IMG/VR virus record: IMGVR_UViG_3300046779_002415
Coordinates: 1 to 47,975 of that record
DNA: 47,975 bases
Direction: 5' to 3' (one strand)
Origin: a virus
Taxonomy: Duplodnaviria; Caudoviricetes
Positions 29,573 to 37,753 of the stretch are shown here, one piece after another. The notes under the pieces are model-generated. The model did no database searches, had not been told where the DNA came from, and saw only the letters and a program-made list of their open reading frames with translations. Numbering within the stretch: the first letter of the stretch is position 1; the number at the start of each line of letters is the position of its first letter. The position numbers and the translations under genes were made by a program.

Positions 29573-30091
29573 TTAAAAATATCTTCTGTCACCACTTAGA
29601 TACTCCATGTCCATATTGTAGTTTTCCTCGAGTTTGCTTACCTCTCCGTCGCCACTACGATCATAGAAGTTGCTGAGTTGTTGTGCTTCGTCCCAGCAGG
29701 ACTGAAATCGTTGTCTTGCGAATTTGTAGTTCTCGAGGTCAACTTGATTAATATTGCTGACATCAGTTACCAGTGTAGAATAGAATATCTCTACTGCTTT
29801 GAATACTTCCAATTGAATCATGATCTGACTATTGGTTAGTATTCTCGCTGGATCGAAAGCGGTGACCAAGCGTCCAGCAGCATCTGTAGCATATAAGTAA
29901 CTGCCCAGAGTCTGTTGCACATACTGTGGCCACCAGCTAAACTCCAGCTTGTAGAGAATATCTTGACTAGAGCGAACAAAGTAGTCATCCCAACTTACAC
30001 GGAGACTGGCTGCACGCCGCTCAGCAGCAGGGTCATAGAATATTACATCTGTGCTGGTAGCTGCAGATATCCGTTGATAGTTTAATGACAT
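29573..30091 (-). CDS. Head-tail adaptor (putative)
   Basis: First gene after capsid; AGGAG RBS; YDRSGDGEVS..E C-terminal pattern. Confidence 0.55.
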   Translation of the reverse strand: MSLNYQRISAATSTDVIFYDPAAERRAASLRVSWDDYFVRSSQDILYKLEFSWWPQYVQQTLGSYLYATDAAGRLVTAFDPARILTNSQIMIQLEVFKAVEIFYSTLVTDVSNINQVDLENYKFARQRFQSCWDEAQQLSNFYDRSGDGEVSKLEENYNMDMEYLSGDRRYF

Positions 30092-30105
30092 ACTAGTTCT
30101 CCTGT

Positions 30106-31350
30106 TTATTGAGCGATGTTAATAGCACCGCCGCGACGGCCATCACCGACGCCTGCACCGAAATAACCTACCATTCTGTTACCCCTAAATTTTTCATTTA
30201 GTGGAATGACCTCTTCGGATCATTCTCTACCTCTTTTGGTGCTGAGTTATAAGGTAGTTCAGACTATCGCATCTCCCTGGGGAGTCTTCTCACTTAGTCG
30301 TTCACGCTGCCTAGATTTTTCAATCCTGCTTGCGCCCTGTCGTCCGCTCCCGGACTTCCAAGTCAATCAGAGAAGATTTTCAATACTCCCTTATGCTACA
30401 GAGTATTGGGGCATTCTTTTACCCGTTAACCACATCTGGAGACCACCAGGCTTTTCGCCCATCTTAATATCCAGACCGTTCTTTAACACAGTGTAGATAG
30501 CCATATCACCGAAATAAGCGCCTACAGTGACATCTGCTGCAGCACGACCACCAGTAGCACGATTTGCTGTGCCTAGGAAGGTAGTAGTCATAACGCGAAC
30601 ACCATAGATGTTCTCGATAGCACCGGTCATGAGTAGCTCATTACCCAATGCGCTGAGGTTGCTGCCGCCGTTGCCTTGATTAACAGCACCACCGGTTAGT
30701 TCGCCTAATAGACGATTGCTGGTATCGTTGTCGATAACCATTACAGGTGAGCCTGGCAGACGTGCTTTCTTCCAGTTTAACTTAACGTTGCGAACTAATT
30801 CCAGAACAGAAGTTGCCGTAAAGCCTTCGGTGCTGGTAGTAGCAGTGCCGCCGACTTCGATAAGTTCCATAGCACCCAATGCGCTGGGACGAACGAAACC
30901 ATCTGCGCTGGCAGCATAGTTAGTGTTACCAGGAGTAGCTTTAAAACCTGCGAAGGCTGCTGCTACACGCTGATCTACTTTTTCAGCATAGCTCTCACCG
31001 AGTTCACTACCCAGTGCGCTGGCTAAGTTGAAACTTGTTGTCCAGCCGATAAAGATATCGAATGCTGTTGCTGCTACTGTTGGTGTAGCAGTGATGCTGC
31101 TTTGTGTAATGCTGGGGTTTTGCTCTGATGCATCACCGCTGACATTACCACCTGTGCCTGCAGGATTGTAGTCTGCATAGGTGATTGGCGAGAATTTAGG
31201 AATCTCGAATGTGTTACCCTGAGGTGGTGTTACTACACTGGTTAGATTAACTAAGCCGGTGCTTTCGTGTACTGCTCTAATTGCAAAATTGGCTATAACT
31301 TTCTCAAATCCATTGGATTCGCCGTTACCGCCGTTTAATAGATAGGCCAT
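30106..31350 (-). CDS. Major capsid protein, intron-split: exon 1 31350..30421, exon 2 30171..30106 (331 aa spliced)
   Basis: HK97-fold-type features (GNTFEIPKF, ELGESYAEKVDQ, GAIENIYGVRV); follows scaffold; exon 2 gives VGYFGAGVGDGRRGGAINIAQ* ending right before the next RBS. Confidence 0.85.
30172..30420 (-). ncRNA. Group I self-splicing intron (249 nt, no ORF)
   Basis: Exon ends GGGU pairing with GCCC (P1, U.G wobble); P2 CAAUACUC/GAGUAUUG; P3 UCUUCUC/GAGAAGA; P7 GACUA/UAGUC; P8 CUCCC/GGGAG; terminal G; removal restores frame. Confidence 0.88.
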
Positions 31351-31393
31351 TAAATTTCTCCTTATTGTTGGCTAAAATTTTGTGATGTCCCCA

Positions 31394-32227
31394 TCACATA
31401 ATCTTTCTTACCTGCGTGGAGTTACTGACACTAGCGGTGACTGCCTTTAATCCTTGATTTTTTCCTAGTCCGCGTTTTGCTGCCCATGCGTTGAATTGGG
31501 CTGGATCTCGGGTATAATCAGGAATAACTTCGTCGTCACCGGGTAGTCCTTCGAATCCCTGTCTAGGTCTTAGTCCACTGCCGGTAGTCTGTGGTTGTTG
31601 ACGCAGTAATTTAGGATTACTCTGCGCTAACTCATCCACTAATTCTCTAACTGTCATTGGCTCTCCGGCTGTATTGTAGCGTTGCTGATTCTTAGCATTG
31701 ACAACTATCCATTCTCCATCTTGTTCCACGAGTTGTGACTTAACACGATTAATCGTGTAGTCCATGAACTCGGGATCGAATCTATCGCTTAATGAAGATC
31801 TGATGTTGCTGTCTAATTCACGCTCACGCAGACGTTGCTCTTTAAGATCCATTTCTCGCTTAAGTGCTTGAATCTGTTCTTGAAGGTCATTGCCGGTAAC
31901 ACGTGGACGACGATTGCCGTCGGGTTGTTGCTGTTGTTGTGTTTCGTCGTGTTGAGCTTGTGCAGTCTGTGATTGTTGTGACTGTTTCGTGGTCATCGTC
32001 TTAAGTTCTGCCAGAGTTGATATTAAATCCTCTACTGAGTTGAACTCTAATCCAGTAGCGTTTTGCGCTGCCTTTAATAGGTTCTGTGTAGTGGATTTTC
32101 TTATCTGTCCAGCGTTGATGCGTTCTTTAACGGGTTGACTTGGGGATTCATCTGCAGCTGAATCAGTCTGGGCTTGGTCTATATCGGCTTCGACATAGTT
32201 TGCGTTGCCATCGTTTATGGTTGTCAT
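31394..32227 (-). CDS. Capsid scaffolding protein
   Basis: Acidic N-terminus, coiled coil, TGSG motif near the C-terminus; directly upstream of capsid. Confidence 0.75.
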   Translation of the reverse strand: MTTINDGNANYVEADIDQAQTDSAADESPSQPVKERINAGQIRKSTTQNLLKAAQNATGLEFNSVEDLISTLAELKTMTTKQSQQSQTAQAQHDETQQQQQPDGNRRPRVTGNDLQEQIQALKREMDLKEQRLRERELDSNIRSSLSDRFDPEFMDYTINRVKSQLVEQDGEWIVVNAKNQQRYNTAGEPMTVRELVDELAQSNPKLLRQQPQTTGSGLRPRQGFEGLPGDDEVIPDYTRDPAQFNAWAAKRGLGKNQGLKAVTASVSNSTQVRKIM

Positions 32228-32297
32228 TTAAGTCCTCTATGTGATTGTTACGGAATCACCGTGATTGTTTTAAGTTATTATTAATAACTCCGCGGAG

Positions 32298-32305
32298 TAT
32301 TTATG
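32298..32305 (-). promoter_or_regulatory. T4-late-like promoter box CATAAATA
   Basis: Upstream of scaffold-capsid operon and downstream of a terminator-like hairpin. Confidence 0.6.
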
Positions 32306-32323
32306 CGGTTTGGCGAATATGGT

Positions 32324-32358
32324 AGAAAATCCCCGGGGCTGAATTCAGCACCAGGGAT
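32324..32358 (-). terminator. Terminator-like hairpin
   Basis: ATCCCTGGTGCTG-AATT-CAGCCCCGGGGAT then TTTCT. Confidence 0.6.
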
Positions 32359-32404
32359 GAAATATATTGAAAGTTTTTCTGAGGTGGTAATTATTATTGC
32401 TGAG

Positions 32405-32412
32405 TATTTATG
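32405..32412 (-). promoter_or_regulatory. T4-late-like promoter box CATAAATA
   Basis: Overlaps the stop of 32408..33076 and faces a short non-coding segment. Confidence 0.45.
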
Positions 32413-33076
32413 TCTTCCTGCGACGAGAGCGTCGCTCTGTAAGTGTTCCGTTGGCGAGATCAGCCAGCATCTTCCTTAATTTTGTACTCTGCGCTTCTTT
32501 AGCTGCTGGTGAGGGCTCGGGAGATTCGCCTGCAGTCTGCGCTGCTTTAGCCTTAATTTGCGATAATATTGAGTTTGGTTGTGCCACGAGGATTTGTTGC
32601 TGCTCTTTAGTCTTATGCCAGAGCTCCCGCTGCTCGCGACTGACCATGGGTATTAATGGATCATATTCCTCTGCTGTCTCATTGGCTAATTGATTGATGT
32701 GATCCAGATCCGATCTCGCAGAGGCATTGGTCTGTATTTGATTGAGAATAGATCCGGCGCCGGTGAGGTCTTGGGGCATCTCCGGCTGGTAAGCATCTGC
32801 CTCTTCGATCATCGCGCTGGCTATTTTCGAATATTCATTTTTTGCCCGGCGAAATAATTCTGTATCGCTGTCTCGGGAATCGACGTAGACCTGGTATTGC
32901 TTAGCGGTAATAGCTATCTGTAATCTCACTATGCGGGCAATCAATGCCAAACTTGACCCGGCGAGATTGCTGGATTTATTCATTGCTTTAAGTGCTGTAT
33001 TTAGATTGTTGATTTCCTCTAAACACCTATCGATATCGATCAATTGACTCGATATTTTTGGGTTGGATTTATTCAT
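32408..33076 (-). CDS. Hypothetical helical protein (222 aa)
   Basis: AAGGA RBS; divergent from the polymerase-like gene; no recognised motif. Confidence 0.75.
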   Translation of the reverse strand: MNKSNPKISSQLIDIDRCLEEINNLNTALKAMNKSSNLAGSSLALIARIVRLQIAITAKQYQVYVDSRDSDTELFRRAKNEYSKIASAMIEEADAYQPEMPQDLTGAGSILNQIQTNASARSDLDHINQLANETAEEYDPLIPMVSREQRELWHKTKEQQQILVAQPNSILSQIKAKAAQTAGESPEPSPAAKEAQSTKLRKMLADLANGTLTERRSRRRKT

Positions 33077-33349
33077 GATTTAATCTTCCTTATCGTAAGT
33101 TTTTTGTACTGCGGTACTCTGCTATTGTACAGGACGACCCGAGCTGAAGTCTACTCGATTGGTAATCTTTACATGAGCGTGATTCCCTGCTCGCGATCAA
33201 ACGACGACGAGTACAGAGGAGGGGATCCCTCCCCGCCTCCCCACTCCGGGGTGTTCTGTTCGGGTTCTTCCCTGCCTTTATTCCTCCATTAGTCGCAGCA
33301 ATTTTTTTTGAAATGGTGATACCGTGTCGCAGTAATTTCACCATAGTAG

Positions 33350-33378
33350 TTGACCGGGATTAAATACTCCTGTAGTAT
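33350..33378 (+). promoter_or_regulatory. sigma70-type promoter TTGACC-N17-TAGTAT
   Basis: Upstream of AAGGAGG RBS and ATG 33408; spacer contains TTAAATA. Confidence 0.6.
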
Positions 33379-33407
33379 CGCGATATTGACTATTAAGGAG
33401 GAAGTAC

Positions 33408-35165
33408 ATGACTGAACCATATAAGCAACTCGACGTCCCGGCGCTGATTCTGGAGTTCCAGACGGCTACGGGTTGTAGCCCCGGGCAGGCACAACGCTGG
33501 ATTGGGAAGTACATTAAATTGACGGCTGCAGAACTTATTAAACACGCTGATAAGAGTCCGCGAGATAGTGCTGATGATCGACCGCGAGCGGTAATATCTG
33601 CGAATAGCATAAATCGCGGGCTCGGTAATTTAATGATCCAGGGCCAGCGCCGGCAGATCCTGCCCATAATCAATCAGCTTAAATCCAGACTCTGGACTAT
33701 CTTCCAAGGAGATCTCGGCAACAATGTTAAGGGGAAACTATCTATGGCAACACTACACTCGGACTATGAGGACATCGTCATGGCCTCGGGCGACCACCAG
33801 GAACTGTACAAATTGGTTTATGCAGAGCATCGCGATGCTATTGTTGCTGGTGACTATGACGCTGTAGAGATCAATCTACTGAGTCTCGATAAATTTATCC
33901 AGGCCAATCGTGCCAGACCACGACGCACAGATGCCGAGGCTCGTCGTTTAGATCAGAATCTTCGCGATGCTGTGAGAATTAAACTTCTGGCCGAGGCCAA
34001 TGATGGTCGATTGGTGCAGGTGCGGAAGCTGAGCCCGTTCGGTAGAGAATACTCAGTCGGCCCCAATCTACAATCGGTGAGTAAGATTGTGCGTCACGCC
34101 GCGCTGGGTAAGTGTCATGAGTTAGATCTTAAATCTGCGGTGTTCGCCTGGCGATTAGTGGAATTCTTTAAGATCTGTCGGAAACTCACTCCCGAAGTGA
34201 TGGATCCTGAAAAGTTGCCTATGTCATACACCCGTGAGTATCTCGCGCGGCGTGATCATGTACGCCAACGACTCAGCAGGGAAGTATTCGGTGATGACAG
34301 TGAGTTCCACGTTAAATTGATTAAATCTGCTATGACTGCTCTGGGCTTCGGCGCTAAACTTCGCGGCGGTGGTACATTTAAATCCGCTGACGGTTTATGG
34401 ACTGTGACTGCTATTGCCGATGTCATACGCAATAGCGAAGCTCGCGATAAATTTATTACCAATGAGTGGGTAATTGAATTTGTGAATGAGCAGAACGTCA
34501 TCACCGCGGCTATTGTCGATCATACCACGAATGATCGGGTGATGCTCGCAGATCTTAAATCCTGTCCTGCTGCTGGTGATTTATTCGACAGCCAGGGTCG
34601 GCTTAAACCCAACACTCTCATTAGTTACCTCTACCAGCATGCTGAGACCAATATTAGACATCGAATGATACAGGAATTTAATCTACGCGATAAGGAACCG
34701 TTGTTGTCGGTGCACGATTGTGTCTACACCCGACATAAACCGGATGTCGGAGATTTAGGATACATCATTAATGAAGAGTTTGGCATGCGACAATATTTAA
34801 ATGCTTATCTCATAGAGCACACTGAGCACGGTGTTTACACCTTCGAAGATCAGGGTCCTGGTAGTGATCTCTATGAACACGCTCGACTCACACAGGAGGA
34901 TGAGAATCGGGCTGCTGCATTGGCTGGTAAGACACCGCAGGATATCATGAACCGGATACTCAATAGAGATCGAAACTTACCGGGTGCTGTTTATGAGCCC
35001 GAGGTTGACTACAACCGTCAAGCCAACGATGGTTCGGGTTACAACCGGCCGAGATATGACCCCAGTTTAGAGCTCGATGACCAGGGCAACGAGATCGTTG
35101 AGGAGCCCATAATCATTGTCGGCCGTCAATGGCCGCCGGCACAGGGCGCACCGGGACAGCAATAG
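33408..35165 (+). CDS. Compact family-A polymerase-like protein (TV-Pol-like candidate), 585 aa
   Basis: FGREYSVGPNLQSV; motif A HELDLKSA; motif B KLIKSAMTALGFGA; YQHAE; motif C LLSVHDCVY; no evident exonuclease or helicase domain. Confidence 0.7.
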   Translation: MTEPYKQLDVPALILEFQTATGCSPGQAQRWIGKYIKLTAAELIKHADKSPRDSADDRPRAVISANSINRGLGNLMIQGQRRQILPIINQLKSRLWTIFQGDLGNNVKGKLSMATLHSDYEDIVMASGDHQELYKLVYAEHRDAIVAGDYDAVEINLLSLDKFIQANRARPRRTDAEARRLDQNLRDAVRIKLLAEANDGRLVQVRKLSPFGREYSVGPNLQSVSKIVRHAALGKCHELDLKSAVFAWRLVEFFKICRKLTPEVMDPEKLPMSYTREYLARRDHVRQRLSREVFGDDSEFHVKLIKSAMTALGFGAKLRGGGTFKSADGLWTVTAIADVIRNSEARDKFITNEWVIEFVNEQNVITAAIVDHTTNDRVMLADLKSCPAAGDLFDSQGRLKPNTLISYLYQHAETNIRHRMIQEFNLRDKEPLLSVHDCVYTRHKPDVGDLGYIINEEFGMRQYLNAYLIEHTEHGVYTFEDQGPGSDLYEHARLTQEDENRAAALAGKTPQDIMNRILNRDRNLPGAVYEPEVDYNRQANDGSGYNRPRYDPSLELDDQGNEIVEEPIIIVGRQWPPAQGAPGQQ

Positions 35166-35313
35166 TTGCTAAAATTGCAATCCGTTGCAAAAATTGCAAT
35201 GTGTTATTTTTCTCAATATGGCCAATATCTGTTGACTTTATCTGCTTATGATGTTATACTTATGATATGGTGATAAGCAATGGTGCTTAGCCAATTTAAG
35301 GAGAAGTTAAATG
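35165..35313 (+). repeat. Regulatory cassette repeat 1 (partial, lacks long palindrome)
   Basis: GTTGC-N7-GCAAT boxes; TTGACT(35232)-N17-TATACT(35255); stem-loop; AAGGAG RBS; ATG. Confidence 0.9.
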
Positions 35314-35760
35314 AGTAAGAAAAACTTTATTACTTTGGTTGCACTGGAAGAGACCCCGCAGTTCGAATTCGAATTCGAATTCGAAATGGACGAGGCAAAA
35401 ATGACCAAGGATATGCTATGGCATATCGATATCATACCGCGCGACAGGCACCAAGAGTGCTTCGGTTGGGTAAATACTTCCGATCAGCCGCTTTATGGTG
35501 TTCCTGCGAGGACTATCCGGATGTGCAGAATCAAATCAATCTTCCATGACCAATCCGGCATCGTGCGCCGTCATTGCCATAACGTTGGTAAAAAACCCCG
35601 TACCGCGTTGCTGCTGGATGCGTTCTGGAAAGATATTAGCTTCGATCGCTGGCTTCAAACGGCCACAAAAAAGGACGGATCTCGGTATATCGAGTCATAT
35701 GCGTTGACTCAAGGCCGACGTGTGAATTTCCCATGGCCCTTATCTCGCGTTACTTGGTAA
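35311..35760 (+). CDS. Hypothetical early protein (cassette 1, 149 aa)
   Basis: Own promoter and RBS; FEFEFEFE tract. Confidence 0.8.
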   Translation: MSKKNFITLVALEETPQFEFEFEFEMDEAKMTKDMLWHIDIIPRDRHQECFGWVNTSDQPLYGVPARTIRMCRIKSIFHDQSGIVRRHCHNVGKKPRTALLLDAFWKDISFDRWLQTATKKDGSRYIESYALTQGRRVNFPWPLSRVTW

Positions 35761-35763
35761 CCA

Positions 35764-35947
35764 ATAAACTGATTGGTGTTGCTACTTCAGTAATATTGCT
35801 GGAGTAGCAACTTGTTGTTTAAATTGCAACCTGTTGTATTTTCGCGACATGGCAGATATCTGTTGACTTTATCTGCTTATGATGCTACACTTATGATATG
35901 GTGATAAGCACCATGGTGCTTATCCAATTTAAGGAGAAGATGGAATG
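35764..35947 (+). repeat. Regulatory cassette repeat 2
   Basis: 34-bp palindrome 35778-35811; GTTG..CAAC boxes; TTGACT(35863)-N17-TACACT(35886); stem-loop; RBS. Confidence 0.95.
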
Positions 35948-36382
35948 AGTGTTATTACCGAAAATAAAGAAATGATCACGACGATCTACAACGATATGAT
36001 TAAGAATTCGCCGACGCAAATCAAACGAGCGATAACTGATCTATTCGTTATCGCGAGAGATGTTGTGGAGAAGAATCCCAATATGGTGTTAGATTCCGAA
36101 TGGGACGACGATACCTTTATGAGAGTATTGCGCTGTACGAGGCATCAACATCTCACAATATGTGATGAGCATCGCGATATGATGTTCGATGCACTGGCTC
36201 AATATGGAAAAATCATCTGTCGTGAGCATGGTATTGATGTCGACTACAATTCAGAATTGTGGGGTGAAAAAACGTTGTATCTATTGACTCAAGAACTTCT
36301 GGACGAGCATGGCGTTGGCCTGTTGTTTAAAGTGCATTTGAGCTTGCTCCAAATGGCTGCGATGAGCCTCTCGGAACAATGA
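35945..36382 (+). CDS. Hypothetical early protein (cassette 2, 145 aa, acidic/helical)
   Basis: Own promoter and RBS. Confidence 0.8.
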   Translation: MSVITENKEMITTIYNDMIKNSPTQIKRAITDLFVIARDVVEKNPNMVLDSEWDDDTFMRVLRCTRHQHLTICDEHRDMMFDALAQYGKIICREHGIDVDYNSELWGEKTLYLLTQELLDEHGVGLLFKVHLSLLQMAAMSLSEQ

Positions 36383-36396
36383 GATAGATGATACAC

Positions 36397-36564
36397 TGTT
36401 GCTACTTCAGTAATGTTGCTGGAGTAGCAACTTGTTGTTTAAATTGCAACCTGTTGTATTTTTGCGACATGGCAGATATCTGTTGACTTTATCTGCGTAT
36501 GGTGTTAGACTTATGAAATGGTGATAAGCAATGGTGCTTACCCAATTTAAGGAGAAGTTAAATG
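36397..36564 (+). repeat. Regulatory cassette repeat 3
   Basis: Palindrome 36398-36431; TTGACT(36483)-N17-TAGACT(36506); stem-loop; RBS. Confidence 0.95.
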
Positions 36565-36897
36565 AACGCCAAAGTTAAATCTACTACTGAATCCCTGCAG
36601 AAGCTGCTTCCAGGTATTGTTATTCGCAAGACTAAACCTGTAGTGGTCACCAACCCAATGAACAGAAAGAAGGTCACTGTTACCGCTGAATACCAGGCCG
36701 TGTATGACTATGTCCGTCTCTGCCAGAAGACAAACAACACAGTTGGTAAGCAGGCCGCAATTGACTGGGTAAAGCAGGACGATCTGGCTTATGAGGCTTT
36801 TCAGACTCTGGTAGACTGCGAAATGTATCGCGACATAACCAAGACCCTGCGAGGGAACCCGGCTCTGGTATCGAAGATATTGAGTGGAATTCGATAA
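36562..36897 (+). CDS. Hypothetical early protein (cassette 3, 111 aa)
   Basis: Own promoter and RBS; N-terminal half paralogous to cassette 4. Confidence 0.8.
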   Translation: MNAKVKSTTESLQKLLPGIVIRKTKPVVVTNPMNRKKVTVTAEYQAVYDYVRLCQKTNNTVGKQAAIDWVKQDDLAYEAFQTLVDCEMYRDITKTLRGNPALVSKILSGIR

Positions 36898-37073
36898 ACT
36901 GATTGGTGTTGCTACTTCAGTAATGTTGCTGGAGTAGCAACTTATTGCTAAAATTGTAATCTGTTGTATTTTCGCAACATAGTAGATATCTGTTGACAAT
37001 AACTACTACTGGTGCTATACTTATGATATGGTGTTAAGCAATAGTGCTTAACCAATCGAGGAGAAGTTAAATG
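36892..37073 (+). repeat. Regulatory cassette repeat 4
   Basis: Palindrome 36908-36941; TTGACA(36993)-N17-TATACT(37016); stem-loop; RBS. Confidence 0.95.
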
Positions 37074-37526
37074 ATTGATAATGTTAAATCTACTGAATCA
37101 CTACAGGAGATATTTCCGGGTATTGTTGTACACGCTACTGAACCTGTAGTGATCACCAACCCAATATCGGGGCAGAAGGTTACCGTTACTGCTGCACAAC
37201 AGAACCTCTACTACTATTCAGAGATGTGTTGTGAGGCTGATGATGTCGAAGCACTGTTCGCTGTCACTATGTGGATGTGGTGTGCTGAGAATAAACCGTT
37301 CTGGGATGCTTGTTTATATATGCGTTGTAATAGTCGCAATATGCCTCAACCATATAGTCCGCATAGGCCAAGTCGTACTGAAGATGCGGTTATGTATGCT
37401 CTGCGGCAGTCTCTCATTGCGGACCCGCATCTAGTGGATGACTGGAAGAGTGTGGATCTATCTAAAATATCTCACTATCTATATGAGTATGATGAGTATG
37501 AGGAAGAAGACGTTTACTCAGCATAA
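37071..37526 (+). CDS. Hypothetical early protein (cassette 4, 151 aa)
   Basis: Own promoter and RBS; paralogous N-terminus; acidic Tyr-rich tail. Confidence 0.8.
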   Translation: MIDNVKSTESLQEIFPGIVVHATEPVVITNPISGQKVTVTAAQQNLYYYSEMCCEADDVEALFAVTMWMWCAENKPFWDACLYMRCNSRNMPQPYSPHRPSRTEDAVMYALRQSLIADPHLVDDWKSVDLSKISHYLYEYDEYEEEDVYSA

Positions 37527-37571
37527 GCGTGTAAATCAGATATGGCTGATTTAATTCGCATTACCATATAC

Positions 37572-37753
37572 CGATAAACTGATTGGTGTTGCTACTTCAG
37601 TAATGTTGCTGGAGTAGCAACTTATTGCTAAAATTGCAATCTGTTGTATTTTCGCGACATAGCAGATATCTGTTGACTTTATCTGCATATGGTGTTAGAC
37701 TTATGAAATGGTGATAAGCAATGGTGCTTACCCAATTAAGGAGAAGTTAAATG
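37572..37753 (+). repeat. Regulatory cassette repeat 5
   Basis: Palindrome 37588-37621; TTGACT(37673)-N17-TAGACT(37696); stem-loop; RBS. Confidence 0.95.

Noticed and set aside
30172-30420. Stop readthrough or alternative genetic code as the cause of the capsid break
   Set aside because: The 249-nt insert is in frame but contains both TAA and TGA stops and folds as a group I intron.
30206-30496. 96-aa plus-strand ORF as an intron-encoded protein
   Set aside because: Wrong strand and no nuclease motif.
33044-33673. ORFs 33044..33292, 33090..33344 and 33338..33673
   Set aside because: No convincing RBS; overlap regulatory DNA or the polymerase-like gene.
35778-37621. CRISPR array reading of the 34-bp palindromic repeat
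   Set aside because: Copies are 510-680 bp apart with whole genes between; no cas genes.
35165-37753. Classical integron/attC array
   Set aside because: No tyrosine recombinase; palindrome runs GTT..AAC rather than RYYYAAC..GTTRRRY; each cassette has its own promoter.
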